In this document: in pieces, positions 1-16,543 of the stretch
Layout of the letters: each line of letters opens with the position of its first letter
Numbering within the stretch: position 1 is the stretch's first letter
Assembly (NCBI RefSeq): GCF_009914755.1
Contig: NC_060935.1
Reading direction: 5' to 3' (one strand)
DNA from: the human T2T-CHM13v2.0 reference genome, Homo sapiens
DNA length: 64,000 nucleotides
The notes under the pieces: model-generated
What the model was told of the DNA's origin: nothing
The model's input: only the letters and a program-made list of their open reading frames with translations
Databases searched by the model: none
Program-made: the position numbers and the translations under genes

Positions 1-950
1 TGTTTCTGCTTTTGGCTATCATGAATGATACTGCTATGGACATTCATGTACAAGTTTTTGTGTAGACATACATTTTTATTTTTATTGAATATATATCTAG
101 GAACAGAATTGCTGGGTCATATGGTAATGCTATGTTTAACTTTTTGAGGAACAGCCGAACTGTTTTCCAAAGTGGTTGTACCATTTTGTATTCCCATCAG
201 CGGTGTATGAAAATTCCCATTTTTCTGCACCCTTGCTAACACTTGTTATTTTCTGTTAAAAAATTACTATAGCAATCCTAGTGTGTGTGAAGTATCTCAT
301 TGTAATTTCGATTTGCATTTCCCTAATAGCTAATGATTCCAAGCATCTTTTCATGTGCTTATTGGCTATTTATGCTTTTATGAGAAAAAATCTATTCAAG
401 TTATTTGTCCATTTTTTCTTTAATATTTTTATTCTTTGCAAATACTTTATAGCAATAAACATATAGAAGAAAGTCACCCACTGCCTTACTAACCCAATGC
501 ATAATAAATGTTTTTGTGTTTCCAAGTTTCTCGTCTATACACATATTTAAAATTCTATTTTAAAATCATGATAAAGTATATGTAACACAAAACTTACCAT
601 CTTGACTGTTTTTAAGTGTACAGTTCAGGGGAATTAAGTACATTCACACTGTTGTACAACCATCACCATTATTCATCTCCAGGTTTTTTTTCATCTTCCC
701 AAACTGAAACTCTCTATCCATTAAAAACTGACTCCCCATTTCCCTCTCCCTGTAGCCCTTGACCATCACCATTCTACTTTGTGTCTCTATGAATTTGACT
801 TCTTTAGATACCTCATATAAATGGAATGATACAATATTTGTCCTTTTGTGACTGGCTTATTTCACTTAGCATAATGTCTTCAAGGTTCATCCATGTTGGA
901 TCAGGTGTCAGATATTCCTTCATTTTTAAGGCTATATAGTGTACCACATT
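1..950 (-). mobile_element. Old L1 (L1M-type) 3' fragments
   Basis: Degenerate antisense L1 ORF2-end/3'UTR motifs (gctgggtcatatggtaa, tgtacagttcag...tacattcacactgttg, ggcttatttcacttagcataatg). Boundaries approximate. Confidence 0.75.
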
Positions 951-1524
951 TTATTAGCTAACAATAGTTCTATAATTCTACAAATTTTAGATTCTCTTGG
1001 GATTTTTTGTGTAGACACATGTATCATCTGTGGATACTGACAGCATTGTTTCTTCCTATTTAAATCTCCAAGCCACTCATGGCTCCAGATTTCCTGTTCT
1101 CCTTTTCCCCATATACAGATGGCAAAGCCAAATTCTGCTAACTAACCACAGCTATGTTGTGTCTGGAGCCTTCCCCACAAACCCAACAGCTGCTCTCCTC
1201 AGTGGGAGAATCCTGTTGTAGTTGTGCTGCCATGGACAGGACCCTGCCTGGCCAGGCCCTCCCTAGGGAGAGCTAGCTTTCATCTTTGGCCCCCTCTCTG
1301 CTCTCTGCACCTCAAGTTCATGCCAAACCCTGTGGCTCGCTATTCCAGGGACACTTCCTGATTATTTCTACCTTTGCTCCTATGATCTCCCTGGCTGGAA
1401 TAACCCCCATTCCACCTCCACCAGTTGAAATCCCAATGTTTCCATGGATTATGTTAAATAACATATTCTCTCTAAAGGTTTATTCAAGTTCCCTCTTGCC
1501 TCCTTAAATCTGGATGTGATCTCT

Positions 1525-2070
1525 CAGAAAATGGCATAATGGAAAGGAATAGAATTAGAGAAAGATTAGCTCAAATGCAGTTCTATTATGGTTCTAACCC
1601 ATAATAGCTCTGTGATCTGCCCAAGCTATGTGGCTTAGTTTCCTTATCTGTAGAATCAAACACTGATGCTTCCTGTAGAGGGTTTTCTTGAGGATGACTT
1701 GTATAACACAGTCAAAGGACCTGATACTAAGTAAGTGTGCAGTAAGTATTGGCTCTTCTCCTCCCAGTCTTCACACCAGCATAATCACTTGCACCTTCCT
1801 GAGGCACTTGCCCCACCCAGCTTTGCATCATGGACCCATGTGGGCTGGTGTGATCCTCATTCCAGGTGTGAGTGTTCTCTTTCTTCTGAAGGAAGAGAAA
1901 ATAGGCCTCAGAGCCTGATGAAACTTGTTCTCATTATGGCACACAGTTACCAGCTGTGTGACCTTAGTTTACTCATCTGGCAATGGGAACTTTCATGAGG
2001 TTTAAACTACATAAAATATGTAAGAGATTTGCTCACTGCTTGGTACATAGTGTTTGGACTATACATATTT
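1525..2070 (+). mobile_element. MIR fragments (two)
   Basis: MIR core-like motifs (ttagtttccttatctgtagaat; gctgtgtgaccttag...ctcatctggcaatggg). Confidence 0.55.
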
Positions 2071-2892
2071 GTTTACCTGATTTGAAATAAATAAAATTCA
2101 ATAACCTACTCTTTTCAGAGTCAAATCTGTGCTTTTATAAGCAGTACTGGACAAGGTGTCACATCATGCACCCTCTTATCTGGGCACTGCTGATGACCTC
2201 AGCAATGCAACAACATCTGTGGTGGAACTTGCCACATCTCCTAATTCCTGACTTAACCTCTGGCAACTGTAGAAAGTTAAGCAGTCATTAGAATGGTTGG
2301 CAAATTATCTTCCTTCCAATTAATCCTGCCAATCACCTTCTGAATGTGTATGCTCCACACCGTGTGGAACACACTGCTGAAATTTCCTGGTTGTGGGCCT
2401 CTCCCCACAATCATGCTTCCTACAGACACTGCTAGACGTTTTTAAAAGAAGGGTGATTGGGGCCAGAGGCTGGGCTTACAGAGTGAAATGGGCATTTGCT
2501 GTCAGGACATGGAAATATTTTGTCTTTCCTTGACAGCTATCATTTCCTGAATACCTTCCTCAAATCAAATCAAAGAAAAACACTCTGAAGGCTTGATACT
2601 TGTCTCCTAGAGATTGAGGCCACCAGGACTGAGACCTGGCTGATGTCTTTAAAAATTCCAAATAGAAAAAGTGGCTGGAGGGCAGCAGAGTGGAGAGAGT
2701 GAAGGTCTTGGACATCCAGGACCTTCCTTGGGCCAAAGCATGAACCAAAATTAGTCAGAATTACAAAAAGTGGAGAAATCCACATTTATAGTAGGAGATT
2801 TTTATCATACCAGTATCAGGAACTAATAGAAAACAGATTAAAATTAGTAAAAGCTGAAATTTTGAATCACACAGTTTAAAGCTTTATCTAAT

Positions 2893-3106
2893 ACAGGATG
2901 ACAAATTTTTTTCTGGAAAGGTCCAGATAGTAAATATTTTAGGCTCAGCGGGCTGCATATGGTCTCTGTCACAACCACTCAACTCTGCCATTGTAGCACA
3001 AAAGCAGCCACAGGCAACATGCAAATGAATGGATGAGGCTGTGTTCAAATAAAACTTGACAAAAGCAGGCTGCAGGCTGGTTTTGGCCCCAAGGCCATAA
3101 TTTTCT
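2893..3106. mobile_element. MER58-type hAT DNA transposon, interrupted at its end by the L1
   Basis: Typical aggtccagatagtaaatattttaggct...ctgccattgtagcacaaaagcagcc...gctgtgttcaaataaaactt; the terminal few bases continue after 5756. Confidence 0.75.
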
Positions 3107-5747
<2,641 letters not shown>

Positions 5748-5962
5748 TAATTTTCTAACCCTCTGACCTAATGGGTAGAGAGAAAGTTTTGTACCCAACA
5801 AATAAAAAATATACATTTTAATCAAATACCCATGGACCATTTAAAAAATTGACCATGTAAGAGGAGCAAAGAAAGCTTCATCAAATTTTAGAGTCAATAG
5901 CCTATCACCATTTCTCTAATCTCAGTATAATTAAATTAGAAATAAAAAGTATAAAACTATAC

Positions 5963-6273
5963 TTTGTTTTTTGTTTGTTTTGTTTTGTTTTTGAGACAGG
6001 GTCTGTCTTTGTTGCCCAGGCTGAAGTGCAGTGGCACAATTATAGCTCACTGCAGCCTTGACCTCCTGGGTTTAAGCGATTCTCCCACCTCAGCCTCCTG
6101 ACTAGCTGGTACTACAGGTGTGTGCCACCATGCCCTGCTGTATTTTTGTATTTTTGTAGAGATGGAGTTTTGCCATGTTGCCCACGCTGGTCGCAAACTC
6201 CTGGATTCAAGAGATCTGCCCACCTCAGCCTGCCAAAATGCTGGGATTTCAAGTGTTAGCCACCATGCCCAGC
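5963..6273 (-). mobile_element. Alu (AluJ-like)
   Basis: Full antisense Alu dimer with a (TTTG)n-degenerated tail. Confidence 0.9.
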
Positions 6274-6324
6274 TAAAAATATACTCTGAAACACACCTCT
6301 AAACAGAGCTATCATACTATCTTA

Positions 6325-6562
6325 TTTATTTGTTGTTTTATTTATTTTTAGTTGAGAAATAATAATTGTGCATATCCATGGGGTACACAGTGATGTTTCA
6401 ATACATGTATTGTGATCAGATCAGGGTAATTAGCATATGCATCATCTCAAACATGTATTATTTCTTTGTGCTGGGAATGCTCAGTATCCTCCTTCTAGCT
6501 ATTTGAAAGTGCATGTTATTGTCAACTGTAGTCATCCTACAGTAGTATAGAACACTAGAACT
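6325..6562 (-). mobile_element. L1MA-type 3' end fragment
   Basis: ggggtacacagtgatgtttcaatacatgt...gatcagatcagggtaattagcat motif. Confidence 0.7.
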
Positions 6563-6902
6563 CACACATCAAGTGTAGTAGTAAAAGGTTTATGGAAATT
6601 TAAGTGCCTGTCAACAGAAGAATTGATAAAAAAGGAAAACTATGATATATGTGTCATACAACAGATTATAGCAGATAAAAATAACTGATAGAAATTTAAA
6701 AAATGAGAAAAGCAAGTTACAGAATTTTAAATATTTATATAATTCCTGGATACATGCAGATATGGTTTATGGATATTATGGAAGAGGATAATAATAAAGG
6801 CTTTTCATATTGATCCAATTGTGTGTTTGTGTCCCAAGCTGAAAACACCCATATGTGCTAAAGTGGTATGACAAATCATCCTCTCCAAGTCTGTGGCTTC
6901 TC

Positions 6903-7170
6903 TTTTTTTTTTTTTTTCTTTTTTGAGATGGAGTCTGGCTCTGTTGCTCAGGCTGGAGTACAGAGGTGCAACCTCTACCTCCTGGGTTCAAGCAGTTCTT
7001 CTGCCTCACCTAAGTAGCTGGGGTTACAGGCACATACCAGTACACCTGGCTAGTAGAGATGGGGTTTCACCATATTGGCCAGGCTGGTCTCAAACTCCTG
7101 ACCTCAAGCGATCCACTGGCCTCGGCCTCCCAAAGTGCTGAGATTACAGATGTGAACTGCTGCACCTGGA
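6903..7170 (-). mobile_element. Alu (AluS-like, small internal deletions)
   Basis: Antisense Alu following a poly(T). Confidence 0.9.
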
Positions 7171-8088
7171 CTGTGGTTTATCTTAATGGTTCGTTTTATT
7201 TTAATAGTAACTTTTAGAAATAATAATTTAAAAACGTTATGTTGTTGAATTTATCAATATTTCTTTTTGTATGTGAGTGTCTTGATGAAGAAATCCTTCC
7301 CTGCTCTGAGTTCATGAAAATATTTTCCTGTGTATTCTATAGTATATTCTACATAGGAGAATATATATCCATATGTGTATATATAACAATACAGTATATA
7401 TTTATAGACATGAGAATAGATATAACTTCATATATTAAATACATATAACTATGTAAAAAGGTATATTTAGGTCTTTAATCAAAGTAGAATTGATTTCTAT
7501 TTTGATCATTTTAATGTATCTACAGTGTTTTAGTTTTACAAAATGTGTGTATATGTATATATTTATTTTTCTACAAGATTTCTAATTCCTTTTCATGGCC
7601 ATCTTTAGTCTGTTATGATATCATTTTGTTTTCTTTTTTAATAAATGAAAGTTATTTTATTAGTTTCTTTGAGCATTTTAAATATATTTAAGTTTCTGTA
7701 AAATTTAATCTTTAAAAAAATTTATCTGGAATTTGTGTTTCCATTCCTGACTTTGTTCGCTGTTTTGTCAGTAGGTTTGTTATTTTGATTTACAGGCTAG
7801 TTTTCTTTAAATGAGGGTGTTTTGCCTTGTTTTTTGTTGTTGTTTGCCTCTTTATCCCCTTCTGTGCTTAATCTGACTTCCTTGTCCAGTAATTTTGCAA
7901 TTTCTTCCAATTGGCATCCTGGAAATGCCAGTATAGAATAAGGCTTTGTGATGGAATCTTGATTCTCCTATTCCATAGTGATACGTGGAATAACACAGAT
8001 TTAGTCACTAGTGGTTCAGTTTTTGGATTAGGACTGGTCTATGTCCTCCCTCCTATTTATTAAATAAATTAATATTTTTAATAAATAA

Positions 8089-8371
<283 letters not shown>

Positions 8372-8813
8372 TTTTCTTTTATCTGTCATTGCTATGTGTT
8401 TGGAGGAGAGGGGTGTATCAAAGCATGAATTTTATGAATGTATGTAGCCAGTTTTCTTTGTTCTCTTATTTGACTGTTTCTTCTACCATACAGACATCCT
8501 CTCTCTTCTCTGAGACTCTTGATGATGGATATGAGAAATTTTTATTTTATCATTTTTATTTTTATTTTTCATTTTTCGTATTTTATTTTTATTTTTCATT
8601 TGTTCTTTCAATCTCCTTATCTCTTGTACCATGTCATTTTTTTTTTTACCGTCATGTTCCCAGTGCACCATGATTAGTATATAGTAGGAACACATCTCTG
8701 CATCTTGTTTGATCACATATTTGGTGAACAAATGAATTAATGAATAAACATTTATTGCATATATACTGTAAGCCAGACACTGTGCTAGACTTTGAGAATT
8801 CAGAGATGAGCAA

Positions 8814-9112
8814 GGCCAGGCATGGTGGCTCATGCATATAATCCCAGCACTTTGGGAAGCTGAGGCTGAAGGATCACTTGGGGCCAGGAGTTGGAGACCT
8901 GCCTGGGCAACATGGCAAGACCTTATCTCCACAAAAAAATAAAAAAAAAATTAGCTGGGCATGGTAGTGCATATCTGCAGTCCTAGTTACAGGGGATGCT
9001 GAGGTGGTAGGATTGCTTGAACCCAGGAGGTCAAGACTGCTATGAGCCACGATTGCACCACTGCACTCCAGCCTGAGTGACAGAGGAAGACCCTGTCTCT
9101 AAAAAAAAGAGA
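8814..9112 (+). mobile_element. Alu (AluJ-like)
   Basis: ggccaggcatggtggctca start, A-rich linker and A tail. Confidence 0.9.
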
Positions 9113-9470
9113 AGAGCCGGCCCTGTTTTCACCCTTGTGAAACTGACAGTTCAGTAGGAGAGGTGTCATGCACATAGATAAGTGACTTCAAAAGCTAAGG
9201 GAGTATGGCAGAAGTTGGGACTAAGTAGAGAGGAGGTATAAAGGGGGCTTGCTCAGGTCCACTCTGGAGGGAGTGAGGCTATCAGAAAATGGTAGGAGAT
9301 GATGCTTGGGCTGAGCCTTGACAAGTAAACAGTTACTAATGAGGTAGACAAAGTGGGAAGAGGCTTTCCTGAACCCCCAATTGAATACAGGTCCTATTTT
9401 CTTGTTATATATATATTACTAAGGTAAATATATATAATATATAATAATATAAATTACTTAAATAAGGTAA

Positions 9471-9902
<432 letters not shown>

Positions 9903-10920
9903 TAAATATATATCAGTGATTACTTAAAGTCTGTCTCTCTTACTATATACTCCACAAGGTTAGGATCATCATCTTGTTTCACCATTGCATCTCCAGGGCT
10001 TGGCTTTTAGTAACTATGTAATAATATCTTTGAATGAATGAATGAATAACTTCTAGGCGAAAAAGTAACAGGCAGAAACATAAGTGGTAACAAATCTGGC
10101 AGGTTTGAGGAAGGCAAGCTGGTTACTAAGACTGTAGTGAATATAGGGAAGTAGGGTTGATGTAACTGCAAAAACCTTGTCAGAAACCATGCAATGTGAA
10201 AGATTGTATGGCCCTCTTGTTTAGGATTTGAGGTATACCCAGCTTATGCTGAAATTGGCTTTAAAGCAAATCATGTGACTCATGATTTTGAAAATAAGTA
10301 AGTTTCTGAGGAGGTTTTGTTATGAAATATTATATTTTAAATCTGCTTTTCTCTGTTATGTTGATTATATTCACTTACTAATTCTACAGATATGGATTGA
10401 GCTTCTACTATGTGCCAGTCAGACACTGTGGGTGACCCTCATTCATAGGAACATGATTCAATGTGGGTGATATTCTTAGGAACATGAAACAGGAAGTGAT
10501 CCTGCCCTAAAAGGGCCTACTCTCTAGTAGGTGGCAATATAAGTAAGAAAGCAACTACTTGCCAAAAAATATTGTTCAATATGGCCAAAGCTTCTAGATC
10601 CAAGTACCAGTTTTCAGGAAATGGAGAAGATGGAAGAACATAATACTCCACCATGGGGATTCCATCAGTAAAATGTAGACTGTGGGGAATTTATAGAATG
10701 AACAATTCCATTTCTTCAACAAATAAATTGCAAGGAAAAAAACTGATGGAGATGGAATCTGTAGAGTAAAAGAATCTCAGAGACATAGCAACCAACTGCA
10801 ATGATGGAATTTATTTGGATTCCTGATTCAAACAAACATAGTGCTAAAAAACATGACATTTATGAGATATTTAGGAACGTGAACTTTGACAGAATATTTA
10901 ATGATTAAGAAATTATTCCT

Positions 10921-11207
<287 letters not shown>

Positions 11208-11899
11208 TTATTCCTAATTTTTTAGTTGTGATAATTATGTTAAAGAGTCCTTCTCTTTTTAACATACATAATGATATGTACACATGAAATAATGTGATGA
11301 AATGGTTTGATATTTGGGATTTGCTTTAAAATAATGTAGTGGGGAGGGATATGGATGGGCATCAAAATGAAGCGAGATTAGCCATGAATTCATAATTGTT
11401 GAATCTGAGTGATGGGTACATAGGAATTCATTACATTATTGTGTTTAGATGTTTGAGCTTTTCCATGATAAAAAATTACAAAAAGACAAATTACAAGATA
11501 CTCTTTGAGTTCAGTAAGACTGGAGTAGTTATGGAAATACACAAAATGTTCATGTGACTCAGACCAGAAGGGACAGAAGACTTCCTAGAAGAGAAGTGTC
11601 TGAAGCTCTTCATGCCCAGTTCTTATGGACACCAGGTTTCTTCCTCCAGTGCTGGGAGACAATTACAATCTCATCCTCAGACATAGCTGCAACTTTCTCC
11701 AAAGCCCATGGCCACGTGTAGCCCTAGCATGCTTGGTGCTCTGTCTCTGGCTCACTCTTCTCCTATAGCCTCCCTTTAAACTCAAGATTACAGTATCAGG
11801 CCAAGGTATATTTGCCTCTTTGGCTTTGAGGCAGAGCAGGCACCTAGCAGCAGCCTCTTGGTTGGAAATAGACTGGCTTTGGGTTTTTAAAATTTATTT

Positions 11900-12026
11900 A
11901 TTTAATTTTTTTAGAGATGGCGCCTCATGGTGTTGCCTAGGCTGGATTCAAACTCTTAGGGTCAAAGCATATTCCTGCCTCAGCTCCCCTAGTAGCTGTG
12001 TGTGCATGCATGCATACATGTGTGTG

Positions 12027-12070
<44 letters not shown>
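11900..12070 (-). repeat. Alu monomer fragment followed by a (TG)n microsatellite
   Basis: ttttagagatgg...cctgcctcagc, then a TG run at ~11998-12070. Confidence 0.75.
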
Positions 12071-12073
<3 letters not shown>

Positions 12074-13353
12074 AAACAAGGAGATCCATAAGCCACTACT
12101 GTTAGCTGTACTAAACCTACAGAAACCAGACTCAGAGATGAACCTTAGAGATTATCCAGAACAACTCTCTAATTTTTAAGGGTGGGATAATTGAGACCTG
12201 GAAGCTTGTAACACTTTGCCCAAGTACCCTTACCTTCCTAGCAGTGGGACTTTGACAGAATGCAAGGGATTTGCTTTGTCTTGTTTTTCTCTCTGTTACA
12301 TTTCTCTCTATGCCTCCCTCTCTAAAAAAACAGCTGCCTGATTTCATAATATGCATATTCTCATGTTACAGGCTCTGAGAATAGTTGTAATTCTATTTAA
12401 CAGAACATTTCTTAAATTCGAGTACCCTCCCATGCCCACATTTTTGTTGAATACCTATTGTCCTTGAGAATTTGTGCTCTACAGCGAACACTTTGGGGGC
12501 TCCTAGTCTACACTTTATTAGTTTCTCATTCCTCCATTTATCTATCCCTGATCTCCATTGCTGTGAGAAGCAAAGAAGGAGTTGTAGCGGTTGGCAGTCG
12601 GGCCCCTTCCCCCAACAAGGAGCTCTTCTTTTATCTGCGTTTTTCATCTGCTCTTCCCTGCAGCAGAAGCTTTTCAGTGTGGACGTTTCTCAACTGGAAT
12701 GGGAGCACATGGTTTGGGTAAATGTAATTAGCGTATTCCTAGGGAAATACAATGAGCTATGCAGAATCCAAGTGCTTTGCATGCTTAGAGAAACATCATA
12801 AAATATGTGCCCAGTACTTTTCTCCTTATTGAAGAAAAAAAAGCAGATGGGGATTATGGTAATTAAAATGTAGGATCATTAAAAAAAATAGGGATAATGG
12901 TCACACTTCCTGGTTTTGTGTTCCTTCAGTCCCAAGCATTTGAAATGCCTTTCATAGGTGTGAATAGCTATGAAGAAATCTGCTGATCAGAGGATCCCAA
13001 ATAAGAAAAACTACACAAAAGCCCCATAGTTATAATCCCTATTAAGGACCTCAGGGAGGGAGGCAGCAGGAAGATGGCACTATTTGTACTGTCTGGGAGA
13101 GAGCAGGTACCGACCTGTGCCAGGGTCCTTGTGTGGGCTGCAACTTCTCCCAAAACACCAGCTCTCCAGGTGGAAGACAACCTATAAGGGGCACATCTGA
13201 GAGCTTTGTGACCTTGGCAAGTCATCTTAACTCCTTGGATTTAGATTTCTCCTTATAAACTTGAAATAAAGAATTTTAAAGATACTTTGTGGTTCTAACT
13301 TTTCTTGAATTGAGAAGGACATTGGAGACATAACAACTACATTTTATGTGTTG

Positions 13354-13721
13354 TGTCATATGGTTTTGTTTTGTGTCCCCACGCAGATCTCATCTTGATT
13401 TATAATCCCCAGGTGTTGATGGAGGAATCAAGGGCAAGGCGATTGGATCATGGGGGCAGTTTCCCCCAGGCTGTTCTTGAGATAGTGAGTGAGTTCTCAC
13501 AAGATCTGATGGTTTTATAAGTGGTTGACATTTCCTCCTTCACATGCTGTCTCTCTCCTGCTGCCTTGTGAAGAAGGTGCCTGCTTACCCTTCGCCACGA
13601 TTGTAAGTTTCCTGAGGCCTCCCCAGGCATGTGGAACTTTGTGTCAATTAAACCTCTTTCCTTTATAAATTACCCAATTTCAGGGAAGTTCTTTATAGCA
13701 GTGTGAAAATGGACTAATACA
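13354..13721 (+). mobile_element. MaLR solo LTR (THE1/MST family)
   Basis: atatggttttg...tgtccccac...gatctgatggttttataag...ttgtaagtttcctgaggcctcccc...gtgtgaaaatggactaataca. Confidence 0.88.
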
Positions 13722-14268
13722 GTATGTTATCTCATTGTTTTCTCCCACAGCAACTTGGGATGATAAGGGCCCATCATCCACAATTTCCTGATGAGGACAG
13801 GAAGGTTCAGAGTCCTTAGCTGATTAGGATTAGGCAGCTATTAAGTGATCAAGTCTGAATTTGAACCCAGGTCTGTCTGAGTCACTACATTATACTTTTT
13901 TCACCTCAGGAAATAATGTTTCCCTGGGTCCTAAAGATTAGGAACATGGAAATGCCAGTGAATTTATTAAGCACCTACAGTTGCCGGCCCCTGTGCTATG
14001 AGGTGGAAATATGGTGGGAGCCCTGATGTAGCTAACAGCCCTGAGAGGTTTGAAGGTGCGATTGTTAAGGTTCTTCTTTGTGGCTAAAGAAGAAATACAA
14101 AAATACACTTTGATCTACCTTAAACTTATGCAGCCCTCTACAATTTCCAGGTTCTTCAGGTTCATTTTCTTATTGTGATCTTCACAATAAGTGAGAGAGG
14201 AAATATTATAGACAGTACTAGCCCCATTTCCCAGATAAGAAAACTGAGGCTTAGAAAAGTCGAAGCAT

Positions 14269-14580
14269 GGCCGGGCACGGTGGCTCACGCCTGGCCTGTA
14301 ATCCCAGCACTTTGGGAGGCCTAGGCAGGTGTATCACCTGAGGTCAGGAGTTCGAGACCAGCCTGACCAACATGGTGAAACCCCTTCTCTACTAAAAATA
14401 CAAACATTACTTGGACATGGTGGCACATGCCTGTAATCCCAGCTACTCGGGAGGCTGAGGCAGGAGAATTGCTTGAAACCAGGGGGAGGAGGTTACGGTG
14501 AGCCAAGATCGTGCCATTGCACTCCAGCCTGGGTGACAGAGTGAGACTCCATCTTAAAAAAAAAAAAAAAGAAAAGAAAA
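14269..14580 (+). mobile_element. Alu (AluS-like)
   Basis: Full Alu with A tail. Confidence 0.93.
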
Positions 14581-15447
14581 TTCATAGCAGAACATGAGCC
14601 TTCCTAGGCCATGTCCAGTGCTCTTCTATTACACAAGGCAGCCTTTTGCATTCAGTAGAAAATTGTAATTACTGTTGAATTCAGCCAGTAGTTTTTTTGT
14701 TTTTTTGTTTAGCTGTTTTTTTATGTGGTGCCAAGTAGCTTTGGTGGCAGTTTTCATTTTTCTTTGGCCTTTGTAGGCATAGAAAGATCTGCCTGAAACG
14801 TCCCTGGGCGGAGGCCCACTCTCACTGTTTGCAGACTTCTGGGCTGATGTCTTACAACACAGGCAGTAGTAGTGGCCCCAACTGTCACTGCCTCTTAGCA
14901 AGGCCACATTGTTTTGAATAGACATACCTCTAGCCCAGTTCAGCCTGCATCCACACATGGTGTCCAAAATGGTCCCAGCTAGGGCCATAATTTCTGGACC
15001 CTTCATTCAACCCACCACTCTTTTCCAGGACTGGGCACCATGCTTGAGGAGAGGCACACATAAGTGGAAATGAATTGGGATGCATCCCAGTGTCCATGCT
15101 GGCTGAGATGCAACTGAGGGGACTACAGAGGTTTTGAGAAAGAAACACATAGATGGATGAGGGAGGAGGCAGTGAAAATAAATATTGATTGAGTATTATG
15201 TGTCAGGCATTGTACTAGGGTCTGGAAATAGAGCAACATTCTTGCCCTCGTGGAGCAAATGCCAAATAATAGAAATAATAACTTAGTTTTTCCGAGAGCT
15301 TATCTCAGCCAGACATTGATCTGAGAGCCTCATATAAATAACCACATTTAATCTCCACAAATCCCCTATGAAGTAGCTATTATTATCATACTCATTTTGG
15401 GGGTAACAAACACTGAGGCACAGAGGTAAAGAACTTGATCCAGATCT

Positions 15448-15712
15448 TCTTTTCCAGAGACAGGGTCTCCTCTGTCACCCAGGCTGGAATGCAGGGGCAT
15501 GATCATAGCTCACCACAGCTTCAAACTCCTGGGTGCAAGTGATCCTTCCACCTCAGCCTCCTGAATAGCTAGGACTGCAGGTGTCCATACCACCATCGTC
15601 AGCTAGTTTTTTGTCTTGGCCAGGCTGATCTGAAACCCCCAGCCTCAAACGATCCTCCTGCCTCAGCCTCCCAAAGTGCTGGGATTACAGGCGTGAGTCC
15701 CCACACCTGACC
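15448..15712 (-). mobile_element. Alu (AluJ-like)
   Basis: Antisense Alu sequence. Confidence 0.88.
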
Positions 15713-16183
15713 TTGCTCCAGATACAATCAGCACAAGGCAGCTGGAGGCTGATCCTGTGCTTTCAGGCTGCAACATCTGTGTGCTGAGCCACCACCAAGC
15801 ACACTGCCTTTCTAGAGTCTAAGGAAGCAGCTATAGTGTGTAAAATCTTCACACACGTAGTATGATCCTCACAATAGGTCTACAAGGTAGGTTTTAATGC
15901 CACCATTTTATAAGTTAATGCCACCATTTTATAAGTGAGGAATCTGTGGCCGGGGGAGATGAAGGGATTTGCCCAGCAGGTTAGTGTCCCACAGCTTGAC
16001 CTGCAGCCCACCACAGGACCCAGACAGCAGGATCTCCTTTGTGCTGTAATTTAAACACTCTCTGCAGTGATCACATATTGCTTTAATAACTATAAAACAG
16101 TATTAAGGCAAAGAAAATGGCTTTTCCTTTTGTTTTCTATGGTTACCTTTCAGCAGTGAGGGGTGCCTATATTTCAGAGATAG

Positions 16184-16543
<360 letters not shown>

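Noticed and set aside
15894-15935. Perfect 21-bp tandem duplication within a MIR
   Set aside because: Ordinary replication-slippage microduplication with no further structure.
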